Shown here: positions 13,449 through 26,169 of the stretch, piece by piece
Numbering within the stretch: the first letter of the stretch is position 1
Layout of the letters: every line of letters begins with the position of its first letter
From: Eledone cirrhosa
Taxonomy: Eukaryota
DNA length: 64,000 nucleotides
Direction: 5' to 3'
Assembly: GCA_964016885.1 (NCBI GenBank)
Contig: OZ024752.1
Coordinates: 40,114,001-40,178,000 of the forward strand
Notes under the pieces: model-generated
Seen by the model: only the letters and a program-made list of their open reading frames with translations
Databases searched by the model: none
What the model was told of the DNA's origin: nothing
Position numbers and translations under genes: made by a program

Positions 13449-13512
13449 TATATATATATAATGGAAAAATTTGAACAGGGACAAAACAGAGAGGCAGTAC
13501 AATAAATGTTTA

Positions 13513-13566
<54 letters not shown>

Positions 13567-13567
13567 G

Positions 13568-13629
<62 letters not shown>

Positions 13630-13647
13630 ATAATATATTTATGTATT

Positions 13648-13703
<56 letters not shown>

Positions 13704-13708
13704 GTATT

Positions 13709-13744
<36 letters not shown>

Positions 13745-13754
13745 ATATATTATA

Positions 13755-13800
<46 letters not shown>

Positions 13801-13818
13801 ATAATATATTTATGTATT

Positions 13819-13866
<48 letters not shown>

Positions 13867-13871
13867 TTATG

Positions 13872-13925
<54 letters not shown>

Positions 13926-13939
13926 ATAATATATTTATG

Positions 13940-14005
<66 letters not shown>

Positions 14006-14019
14006 ATTATATATTTATG

Positions 14020-14110
<91 letters not shown>
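13318..14110. repeat. Long (TA)n microsatellite with interrupting higher-order motif, then (GA)n
   Basis: Direct inspection. Confidence 0.95.
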
Positions 14111-14112
<2 letters not shown>

Positions 14113-14214
14113 ATGCAGATGAAATGAAAGTAAAATTTGTGTATGATATAACAGTATGAGGTTTGGAGATGAAGATAAGGGTGGAAGTAGGAATAGATAG
14201 ATAGATAGATAGAC

Positions 14215-14247
<33 letters not shown>

Positions 14248-14254
14248 TATAGAT

Positions 14255-14785
14255 ATATTTCTTTATTAGCCACAGGGACACAAAAGAAGGGGACAAATAC
14301 AAAGGGGGAAGTTTACATACAATAAAAACGTGTAAAATGTTATCACAGATGGAATTTAAAAGTTAGTCGATTTTCCCCAATAGAGGGAGACAGTTTATAT
14401 GGGTAACACATACCCCCGAAAAAATGTGCAACCCTCATCTCCAGGAGTACGAAGAGCTTGTACTCCTTTCCTCTCCTCCTCCTTTTCCTCAATCTACAGG
14501 CTGATATAGAGAGAAGGCCCATTCACTCGGGCCATTCTCGCCACTTTCACCCACCTTTCATAAAACTTGCTGGGGTACAGCACCTCTCTCTCCATCCTGA
14601 TTCTTCTTCCAAAGTGGTATTTGAAAAAAAGAATCAGTTGTTGGCCGGAGAGAAAGGTGTCTGACCTCAGCCCTTTCAACCTTGTCCACCATACAACCTC
14701 TTTCGCCATAGCTATCACACAAAGGAAAACCGCCTCTCCTTCGTTTTTGAAGGAGGGTGGCGGTTTGATCATGACAATGGACTCG
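14255..14785 (-). mobile_element. L1/Tx1-type LINE 3' fragment
   Basis: AKEVVWWTRLK...FFKYH..RRIRMEREVL..KFYERWVKVARM; AATAAA and microsatellite tail; 3' end also near 30720-30830. Confidence 0.6.
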
Positions 14786-15023
14786 ATAGATAGATAGATG
14801 GAGAGGAAGAGAGGAAAAGAGGAAGAGAAAAAATAATAAATGAAAGTTTGGCAGCATATGATAAATGAAGGAGAGTGAGTGGATGTAAGGAAATAGGATT
14901 GGAAAGAAAACTATATGAAACACAAAAAGAAAATGGAAGAAACTTTGAAAGATTAACAGTACTAAGAGGTGACATGCACATACACACACACACATATATA
15001 TATATATATGATAGTAATAATAA

Positions 15024-15647
15024 AATGACGTATTATCTTCGGTTTTCCGTTCATTGCCAGAGAACGTCTCTATGAACCACCTAAGAGAACATTAGTCTAC
15101 GACTTCTTTTATACCATAAACGTGGTTCTGTCTTTGCGCGTAATTGTTTTTCACCGCTCCTATTAATGACGTATTATCTTCGTTTTTTCTATTCATTGCC
15201 AGAGAACGTCTCTATGAACCACCTAAGAGAACATTAGTCTACGACTTCTTTTATACCATAAACGTGGTTCTGTCTTTGCGCGTAATTGTTTTTCACCGCT
15301 CCTATTAATGACGTATTATCTTCGTTTTTTCTATTCATTGCCAGAGAACGTCTCTATGAACCACCTAAGAGAATATTAGTCTACGACTTCTTTTATACCA
15401 TAAACGTGGTTCTGTCTTTGCGCGTAATTGTTTTTCACCGCTCATATTAATGACGTATTATCTTCCTTTTTTCCGTTCATTGCCAGAGAACGTCTCTATG
15501 AACCACCTAAGAGAACATTAGTCTACGACCTCTTTTATACCATAAACGTGGTTCTGTCTTTGCGCGTAATTGTTTTTCACCGCTCCTATTAATGACGTAT
15601 TATATTCATTTTTTCCCGTTCTTTGCCAGGGAACGTTTCCACGAACC
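15024..15647. repeat. 141-bp tandem repeat, about 4.4 copies
   Basis: AATGACGTATTATC recurs with a 141-bp period. Confidence 0.9.
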
Positions 15648-15818
15648 AAAGTATCATCTTCCTGTCTTCCTCCGGTTGCAACGTTTTTTGAAATATCCAG
15701 TTCTGCGTTTACAGATTGACTTTGTTAGTTTCAGAAGATCCCGTTAAGGGTGAAAGCAGCATTTCTTTGCTTAAACTTTAATCTGTTATTTTAATAAATA
15801 TATATATATGATATATAT

Positions 15819-15853
<35 letters not shown>

Positions 15854-16151
15854 ACATATATATCTTCACTGGACTTAGACCATTAAGTTCACATGAAATA
15901 TGTCACTATCTTAATACCAAATATTATATTTTATTTGACGAAAGCATACTTAAATATTGGTACCCTTGAAATACATATAATAAAATAAATATGGTTTTAT
16001 AAAGATATTTTCCATTTATTAATATTACTAATATTAATGATACCCCAGAAAAAACTGTAGAGTGCTTCTAATCTGTTGTAAAATAAAATTAACTTTGTTG
16101 AATAATCAACAAACCATATATAACTCATTGTTTATATATATATATATATAT

Positions 16152-16708
<557 letters not shown>

Positions 16709-17184
16709 TAATGTATATAATGTATGCACATATATGCAGTGAAATAGATGCCCATTCATACAGGTACATACATGCACCCATATATACATGTGGTTGCATA
16801 CATACATACATACATAATTATATATATGTATACATTAGTAGAATAATCGAGTATCGAAAAATCGGCGCACGAGTTCACGATAAACAAAATTCGAGATGAG
16901 CGGCAGAGGGCTCTATAATTCAAATAAATTAGAGCTATAACTATCGTTAAAATACCGTCACACGTAGAATATGTCTACAATCAACCAAATAACCGAAAAG
17001 TTCGATATGGAAGATTCGGGACACTCAGATAAATTATCAATAAATCAATAAATGAAATGAATGTATACATTATATATTTTATACAAGGACATAGTAGTTA
17101 GTTATACTGAGTTTGTTATACTCGTGAATCAATCCTGCTATAAAAATCCTAGATTCTATGTAAAGGAACCTTTCTATTCCTTTC

Positions 17185-17319
17185 TCAGAAATACCATGTT
17201 AGCTTCTGAGGTTTAATTTTCAAAACTCCAGTCTGGAACAGAATAGGGAAGAGGAAACAAGCAAAAACTACAACTCCAACTAAGTAGTGTGCCATTATTG
17301 GAATCTGGAACAGTTTGGC
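17185..17319 (-). CDS. GRL-like gene terminal exon 12 (TM7a/b; AKLFQIPI...ILFQTG...WYF*)
   Basis: TTTCAG| acceptor, 44 codons then TGA. Confidence 0.9.
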   Translation of the reverse strand, partial: AKLFQIPIMAHYLVGVVVFACFLFPILFQTGVLKIKPQKLTWYF

Positions 17320-17702
17320 CTGAAAGAATAGAGAAAAAATTGAAATATTTGATAAAAACCATAACAAAGAAAAATAATCTCAAATCGAATAAAAATACAT
17401 TATTTTTTCACATGCAGTGCTTACAAGACAAGATTAACCCTTTAGAGTTTAAACCAGAATTCTCTCACCTCTTTCTGTTTAACCCTTTAGTGTTCAAACC
17501 AGCCAAAACTGGCCAGAATTCTCTACCCTTTTCTGTTGAAACTGGCTGTAACTGGTTGCTCAAACTTATGTTAAGGTATTGTTCTCAAAATAAATACTTT
17601 CAAAATCTCATAGATTCGATATTATGTGAGATAATTATGTGAGGTAAAGCTTTTACCATGAAAATATAATAGTATATACAAAATAATGTGAATGCTAAAG
17701 GG

Positions 17703-18090
17703 TTAAACCAGAATTCTCCCACCTCTTTCTGGTTAAACCAGCCATATCTGGCCTGAATTCTCTCACCTCTTTCTGTTTAAACCAGCCATATCTGGCCTGA
17801 ATTCTCCCACCTCTTTCTGTTTAAACCAGCCATATCTGGCCTGAATTCTCCCACCTCTTTCTGTTTAAACCAGCCATATCTGGCCTGAATTCTCCCACCT
17901 CTTTCTGTTTAAACCAGCCATATCTGGCCTGAATTCTCTCACCTCTTTCTGTTTAAACCAGCCATATCTGGCCTGAATTCTCCCACCTCTTTCTGTTTAA
18001 ACCAGCCATATCTGGCCTGAATTCTCTCACCTCTTTCTGTTTAAACCAGCCATATCTGGCCTGAATTCTCTCACCTCTTTCTGTTCAAAC
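17703..18090. repeat. 44-bp minisatellite (about 8 copies) from the same piggyBac-type MITE
   Basis: Unit TTTAAACCAGCCATATCTGGCCTGAATTCTCCCACCTCTTTCTG. Confidence 0.85.
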
Positions 18091-18339
18091 TAACCATATG
18101 TTATTTATTTTGAGAACAATACCTTAATGTCAGTACGAGTAGCCAGTTACAGTTGGTCTGAACAGAAAGAGGTGAGTGAACTCTGGCCAGATATAGCCAG
18201 TTTAATAATAATAATAATGAAATTATTGTGTAAAGTGCTCAGGTGCATTACAACTCGTCAAAGGTGTATGTATAGTACATAGAATAATACACAAATGTCA
18301 GGGAAGTGAATAGTGTATGAATCATGGTATACATGTGTG

Positions 18340-18550
18340 TATGGCAAACCAAGTACTTAAATGGAACCCACGGGGAAGCAGACGGAGAGGGCGAGCCAAA
18401 ATGAACTGGCGCCAGACAGTTGAGAGGGACCTGCGAGCGACAAACAAACAATGGCGGGACGCTGTGCAACTGGCTGCTGACCGAACGCGATGGAACACTA
18501 TGATTGCCTCATGCGTTGCAAGACGCGGGAGCTTCTGAGTCTGAGTCTGA
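18340..18550 (+). mobile_element. RTE 3' fragment nested in a CR1 tail
   Basis: QVLKWNPRGSRRRGRAKMNWRQTV...AADRTRW; flanked by similar ATGTGTGTATGG/ATGTGTATGG. Confidence 0.75.
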
Positions 18551-18656
18551 TGTGTATGGAGGGGGAACATTAGCTGTAGTGTTGGCGGATCTCGGGAAGC
18601 ACGGAGGCCTTACAGGATACAGTGTCTCGACAGCTAACAAATGCTAAAGGGATAAT

Positions 18657-19211
18657 TGTTTCTACTTTAGGCACAAGGCCAGCAATTACCCCAGTGCATT
18701 ACTGGTACTTCATTTTATCGACCCCGTAAGGATGAAAGGCAAAGTCAACCTCGGCGGGATTTGAACTCAGATCGTAAAGGGACGTAACTATGCTGGAAAG
18801 CATGGCGTCTGACCCTCTACCGATACTTGTTTCTACTTTAGGCACAAGGCCAGCAATGACCCCAGTGCATTACTGGTACTTCATTTTATCGACCCCGTAA
18901 GGATGAAAGGCAAAGTCAACCTCGGCGGGATTTGAACTCAGATCGTAAAGGGACGTAACTATGCTGGAAAGCATGGCGTCCGACCCTCTACCGATACTGC
19001 CAATCCACCGCCCTAATAATAACAATGATTGTTTCTACTTTTGGCACAAGGCCAGCAATTACCCAGTGCATTACTGGTACTTCATTTTATCGACCCCGTA
19101 AGGATGAAAGGCAAAGTCAACCTCGGCGGGATTTGAACTCAGATCGTAAAGGGACATAACTATGCTGGAAAGCATGGCGTCCGACCCTCTACCGATACTG
19201 CCAATCCACCG
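18657..19211 (-). mobile_element. Three tandem tRNA-derived SINEs (MetaSINE-like core) inside one 22-bp TSD
   Basis: B-box GAGTTCAAATCCC, core GCCTTTCATCCTTACGGGGTCGATAAA; TAACAAATGCTAAAGGGATAAT at 18635-18656 and 19212-19233. Confidence 0.8.
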
Positions 19212-19273
19212 TAACAAATGCTAAAGGGATAATACATTACAATATGTATGTTTGTATATATTTAATACATTAC

Positions 19274-19405
19274 TCTGAGTTTTGCATTGCTGGTGAATAG
19301 CACATAAGAATCAAGTTCAGCTTGAGGTAAAGCCTTATAACCATTGGCTGCAAATGATAAAGCATCGTTGTGGAAACGTTTACATGCAGAGTTGACACGA
19401 GCTGC
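19274..19405 (-). CDS. GRL-like gene exon 11 (AARVNSAC...ELDSYVLFTSNAKLR)
   Basis: Strong pyrimidine tract plus CCAG| acceptor, AGA|GTAATG donor, 132 nt, phase 0-0. Confidence 0.9.
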
Positions 19406-22155
19406 CTGGAAAAGAAAAAGAAAACAGGTAGTGCACACCAACACAAATGATCATAATAATAGTTAATCACTATAAATAATATTTGGAAAAATGTTGTAAA
19501 GTACCCTTGGAGATGGAAAAACAGTGGATAAAGACACCTGTAAGGGATGAAACCCGACATAACATCTACATTTTTCTGTCACCATGGGTACTTTCCTCAA
19601 TTTTCTCAACTACTACTTATAGTAATCGATTATTATTTTGGTCATTTACGTTGGGTGGGACAGACACATTTCAAATTTTACCAATGTTTCTTAAGTCAAC
19701 CACTTTGTTTCGATTAATTAATTTTTTTTTTTAAATTAGAAATTTGGGTATTGTTGTGTTATTCCAATATCCAAGGGTCACGTGGTGGTATTACGGAGGA
19801 TTGTAACCCAGTATTAGTATAGCTTAAAAGTTCAAAGAACTTTCTGGTTATTGTAGAAAAAGAAAATTACTTTCTATTATTTTAATTAGATAAGGGATGT
19901 GTAGTATTGGTAGAGCTTCGGACACCATGTTTTGTAGCACGGAGTTACGTCCCTTTGCATTCTGAGTTTAAATCCCGCCAAGGTTAGCTTTGCCTTACAG
20001 GGGTCGATAAATAAAGTACCAGTAATGCACTGGGGTCTATTTAATAAACTTCCCCCTCCCCCAAAACTGTTGGCCTTGTGCCTAAAACAGAAACCATTAT
20101 TTAAATTAGATAAAATCTAGGCTAATGGGCATAGATTTTTATGGGTTGCCATAAAATTACATTTAGATCTCATCATAAGGACATTGGATGAGTCTACATA
20201 GACCAAGTCAGTACTGAAGCAGGGCTACTGATTTCCCAGAAAGGCCAGGGATCTGCGTCCCATTTATGTACAGTCTCACATTCTACCAACTGCACAGGAG
20301 AAGTTGTCAAGTCTTTGACACAACTGAGGCTCTTCTCAGCCCTTTGTTTGGCAAGATTTCTACAGCTAGATGCCCTTCTTACCACCAACCATTTTGCAGC
20401 ATGTACTGGGTACATTTATTGTGTAGATCACCAACATTAGGGAGGCTGTTGTGTCCTTGACACCACTGAGGGTCCTCCCAACCCTTTGTTTGGCAAACTT
20501 TCTAGGACTGGAGGCCCTTCCTATCACCAACCATTTCACAGCATGTACTGGGTCTGTTTATCATGTATTATGAAAGGCGAGGGCTTGGCAATAACATTAG
20601 AGTGTCAGACAACATGCTTTGAGGCTTGAGATGGGTTTGATTATTTCCAATTTCGTTACTCGAGGCACCATTCGTGAACCAATACATTTTCATCATCATC
20701 ATCATCATCATCAACGTTTAACGTCCGTGTTCCACGCTTGCATGGGTTTGGACGGGGGTTTTCCCACTTGAGGCAAGAGTGATTGTCTTGCTCGCATAGG
20801 ACTGTCTGGCGGGTTTTCTACAGCTGGATGCCCTTCCTAACACCAACCACATTTACAGTATGGAACTGGGAGGTTTTTACCGTGTTGCCTACACGGCCAC
20901 ATTACAGCGTGGACTGTTCGGTAAAGTTGTTCGTACTGAGAGGCATTTGTGAACCGAGGTTCCACTGTATTTATTTAGAATAAATAGTAAAAGTTAGCTA
21001 ACATTATGGCCCTTTATGGTCCCAGTTCAAATCCCGCTGAGGTTAGCTTTGCCTTTCATCCTTACGGGGTCGATAAAATAAAGCACCAATAATGCACTGG
21101 GGCCGATTTAATCGACTCCCCCAATCCCCTCCTCAAAAATTGCTGGCCTTGTGCCTAAAGTAGAAACAATTATAGTTAGTTATGATTTTTAACTTATTAT
21201 TTGAGGGTCGGACGCCATGCTTTGCAGCAAAGAGTTACGGCCCTTTATGGTTTGAGTTCAAATCCTGCCCAGGTTAACTTTGCCTTTCATCCTTACGGGG
21301 GTCGATAAAATAAAGTACCAGCAATACACTGGGATAATTGCTGGCCTTGTGCCAAAAGTAGAAACAATTATTTGTAAACAGACAATATCATTTACAGTAT
21401 TTACATTCTTTCATCTGTTGGGACAAGCTATAAAAAAAATCTATGCTGTTTATTAGAGCAAAAATATCCTGATAAAATCCTTTGTGGTATTCATTCTCGC
21501 TCTCTGTACTCTTAATTCAAACCCACCAAGATCAACTTTGCTTTTAATCCTTTTGAGGTTAATGAAATATAACAAAGGGAATGGCATTATCACATATATG
21601 GCCAGATCATTCCAAATTTCTTTAGTGTATTGCTATTAGAACTGTAAGAAGAAGAAGGAGGAGGAAGGGAGGGGGTGTGAGGAGGTGGGGGGAGAAGGAG
21701 GAGGTGAAGAAGAAGAAGAAGAAGAAGAAGAAGAAGAAGAAGAAGAAGAAGAAGAGTATCTTAGTCAGTCTATGGACTTTTCAGCCAACTCCTGTATTGT
21801 CAAAAATAAGTAATTATTTTGTCTCTTTAATGCTAAGCAAAAAAAAAAAAAAAAAAAAAAAAATTGTGTCAAATGTCTTCAGACCCAAAATAAAATTTGA
21901 ACAACAAAGGATAGAGGATGAGCCATTAGTAAAATTACATGAGATGAAATATATTTGATAATGTCACTGTAAAATAGTAGAATGACCTTGGAGAATATTC
22001 AAGAACATTTTATGAAGTAATATGGGTTAAAGACATTTAGGGTAGGTAAAAAATCTAAATAAATACAAATATATAGATACAACAGGATAGGGAAAGTAAT
22101 GGAAAAACAAAACTATTAATGCACAGATTTCGTGGCTGTCAAAATTATAGAAATG

Positions 22156-22328
22156 TATCATATTTCCCAGCGTCGATGACGCTAAATTTTTCATAAAATA
22201 AGTTTCAAAAATCTACCCTGCCTCCTAGAGGCTGAAGGTTGTTTATCCTTTTTTTTTCAATTTTTTGGTTGTCAAAATTACGGTGTGTCCTCGAGGACGA
22301 AGTGTCTTCGGCGCTGGGAAATACGGTA
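22156..22328. mobile_element. Small TA-flanked MITE (Tc1/pogo-like)
   Basis: TIRs TA.C.TATTTCCCAGCG / CGCTGGGAAATACGGTA. Confidence 0.55.
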
Positions 22329-22849
22329 ATTTGTATTCAACCCTTTAGCATTTAAACCGGCTGTATCCGGCCAGAATTCTCTGACCTCTTTCTGTTTAAA
22401 CCATTAGCCACTGACACTGATGTTAAGGTATTGTTCTCAAAATGAATAATATCAAAATCTTGTAGATTCGATATTATGTGAGATAAAGTGTTTACTGTGA
22501 AAATACAATAGTAAATATAGGGTAATGTAAAAGCTAAAGGGTTAAATAACGAAAGAGTGTGTATAATAGGAATATAAGAGAAGAATAACAATTTAAGTAT
22601 ATTCATTCTACATAACTGTTTCTACTTTAGGCACAAGGCCAGCAATCACCCAGTGCATTACTGGTACTTTATTTTATCGACCCCGTAAGGATGAAAGGCA
22701 AAGTCAACCTCGGCGGGATTTGAACTCAGATCGTAAAGGGACGTAACTATGTTGGAAAGCATGGTGTCTGACTCTCTACCGATACTGCCAATCCACCGCC
22801 CTCATTCTACATAACACCACCATAAATGAAACTTAGCCTCGTGGTCTCA

Positions 22850-24270
22850 GTGGACAGGATGGAGAAAACATGGTCCTGGAGGATGGCGAGGGAGACACAC
22901 TAGACCAACCACTCCACATTTGAGGGTAGCCAACTCTGCTCCAATAACAGTGAGTAGGGATGTGATCTGGGGATCAAGAGAGCTAGAAGTCTCCATTGTC
23001 ACAAGCTCAACTACAAACCTATCCACTCCAATAACAGTGAGTAGGGATAGGGATGTGATCCGAGAATCAAGACAGTTGGAAGTCTCCATTGTCACAAGCT
23101 CAACTACAAACCTATCCACTCCAATAACAGTGAGTAGGGATAGGGATGTGATCTGGGGATCAAGACATTTGGAAGTCTCCATTGTCACAAGCTCAACTAC
23201 AAACCTATCCACTCCAATAACAGTGAGTAGGGATAGGGATGTGATCTGGGGATCAAGAGAACTGGAAGTCTTCATTGTCTCAAGCTCAACTACAAACCTA
23301 TCCACTCCAATAACAGTGAGTAGGGATAGGGATGTGATCCGAGAATCAAGACAGTTGGAAGTCTCCATTGTCACAAGCTCAACTACAAACCTATCCACTC
23401 CAATAACAGTGAGTAGGGATAGGGATGTGATCTGGGGATCAAGAGAACTGGAAGTCTCCATTGTCACAAGCTCAACTACAAACCTATCCACTCCAATAAC
23501 AGTGAGTAGGGATAGGGATGTGATCCGAGAATCAAGACAGTTGGAAGTCTCCATTGTCACAAGCTCAACTACAAACCTATCCACTCCAATAACAGTGAGT
23601 AGGGATAGGGATGTGATCTGGGGATCAAGAGAACTGGAAGTCTCCATTGTCACAAGCTCAACTACAAACCTATCCACTCCAATAACAGTGAGTAGGGATA
23701 GGGATGTGATCTGGGGATCAAGACAGCTGGAAGTCTCCATTGTCACAAGCTCAACTACAAACCTATCCACTCCAATAACAGTGAGTAGGGATAGGGATGT
23801 GATCTGGGGATCAAGACAGCTGGAAGTCTCCATTGTCACAAGCTCAACTACAAACCTATCCACTCCAATAACAGTGAGTAGGGATAGGGATGTGATCTGG
23901 GGATCAAGACAGTTGGAAGTCTCCATTGTCACAAGCTCAACTACAAACCTATCCACTCCAATAACAGTGAGTAGGGATAGGGATGTGATCTGGGGATCAA
24001 GACAGCTGGAAGTCTCCATTGTCACAAGCTCAACTACAAACCTATCCACTCCAATAACAGTGAGTAGGGATAGGGATGTGATCTGGGGATCAAGACAGTT
24101 GGAAGTCTCCATTGTCACAAGCTCAACTACAAACCTATCCACTCCAATAACAGTGAGTAGGGATAGGGATGTGATCTGGGGATCAAGACAGCTGGAAGTC
24201 TCCATTGTCACAAGCTCAACTACAAACCTATCAGAGAATGGCTGATATTTTGACAGTTTGCTCTGTAAGT
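22850..24270 (-). repeat. 93-bp minisatellite (about 14 copies) derived from a CRE-like retrotransposon endonuclease region
   Basis: Minus strand reads KLSKYQPFSDRFVVELVTMETSSCLDPQITSLSLLTVIG; single-copy relative near 62020-62215. Confidence 0.8.
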
Positions 24271-25056
24271 TATTTTATTTTTAAAATTTACTCTGTTTTT
24301 TTTTTTTATAATACCGAGGATATCATATTTCAGTAGCTTCTACAAGAACATGGTGTTAGTACAATAACAATTTACAGAAAACTGCTGCATGTAACAATAT
24401 TAAAAGTGTTATTTTTTGTTTTTTGTCCCTGAAGATTGACATCCCTAGGTTAACATCAGGGAGGTTATCCATTCATAGAAAACCAAGCCAAAAAACGAAT
24501 TGTCTGAGCAAGATGTAATCACCTGACTGGCCTAGGCTCATAATGTGGTGATGGTTGTGGTGGTGCTGATAGGGGTGATGGTGATAATGATGATGGTGAT
24601 GATGGTGATGATCATGATTACTAGATGTAATAGAAAAGTAAATAGTGTTTAATATTTAGTTTTAATTTCCAATTACAAAACCCTTTTCCCCGCCTTAAAA
24701 ACCTTAGACTTCAAATCTATGCGAGTAATTATTATTATAACTACATTGTTAAGTAGGTAAATGATAATATGAAATAAAGTTTGTCTCATCTGGGTGCTGC
24801 TAATCCTGCTTTCAGTAACATGAAGTGACTGAGAGTACAAGACTTCCCCCCTGGACCCTGGACAGGACACCAGTTCATCTACTGCTGGTACTCATTTTCA
24901 GCTGAGTATACTGGAGCAACATGAAATGAAGTGTTTTGCTCAAGATCACAACACAGAACCCAGTCCAGGAATCGAACCCACACCATTATGATCATAAGTC
25001 CAACACCCTTACCACCAGGCCACACATTACTAAATAAAGATATTAATATTTCTTAC

Positions 25057-25163
25057 CTGTATTAGTGGAGCAAGTAGCATGACTCCCCAAACAACAGGGA
25101 AAAGACTTCGATAAACCCATACATCAGCTTTGTTAGCAGTATTCAGACACAATGCATTCACAC
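25057..25163 (-). CDS. GRL-like gene exon 10 (TM6; ...MLLAPLIQ)
   Basis: CTTAG| acceptor, CAG|GTAAGA donor, 107 nt, phase 1-0. Confidence 0.9.
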
Positions 25164-26169
25164 CTAAGTTGACAAAACAAAACAAAACCAGGATTTTATT
25201 CCTTAACCCTTTAGCATTTAAACTGGCCATATCCGGCCAGAATTCTTTCATCTCTTTCTGTTCAAACCAGCTGTAACTGGCTGCTTGTACAGATTATAAG
25301 GTATTGTTCGCAAAATAAATAATATCAAAATCTCATAGATTCAATATTATGTGAGATAATTATGTGAAGTAAAGCCTTTACTGTGAAAATACAATAGTAT
25401 ATATAGAGTAATGTGAATGCTAAAGGGTTAAAAGATATTATTAAGAAGAAAACCACTACATAAAGGAAACAGAATTTATATGACATTTTTAGTTATGTAA
25501 AGCCATCACTCAATAAACTTAGTAAACTGACTCTCAAATAAGTTTTAAGTACTGTATATACTTGAATATAAGCCAACCTCCCAATTTTATGTCTGAGAGA
25601 CAAGAATCCAAACCCCGTTTATAAGCCGAGGCAGCTAATCAACACATTATGGCACTGTTTTGAAATTCTTATGAGTGGAGAAAATATTTACTAAGTTTTG
25701 ATATCTAAGTGTCATTTAGAGTATATTTTTTGTTTTATAAATCCACTTCCTGATAACTTTTTTTACTATTTCATCCATTTTATAAAGTTTCAAGTTTCTA
25801 GTAAATGTAGAAAAACAATGTTTCATTGTGAAACACTCCAGATATTTTAGCACCTTATTTACCTAGCATTTGTAGTTGCTGAAAATTGTCAAAATAATTG
25901 TTTCTACTTTTGGCACAAGGCCAGCAATTATCCCAGTGTATTACTGGTACTTTATTTTTTCGACCCTGTAAGGATGAAAGGCAAAGTTAACCTCGGCGGG
26001 ATTTGAACTCAGACCATAAAGGGCCGTAACTCTTTGCTGCAAAGCATGGCGTCCGACCCACTACCGATACTGCCAATCCACCGCCCTTGAAAATTGTCAA
26101 AATAATGACCGGAAATATAAGCCAACCATCTATTTTGCCATCAATTTTATGGGGTTACATATTCCTCGG

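Noticed and set aside
13230-14302. IY-repeat ORFs (also near 8-320, 16-17 kb, 35.5-36.9 kb, 57.8-58.7 kb)
   Set aside because: Translations of (TA)n and other microsatellites
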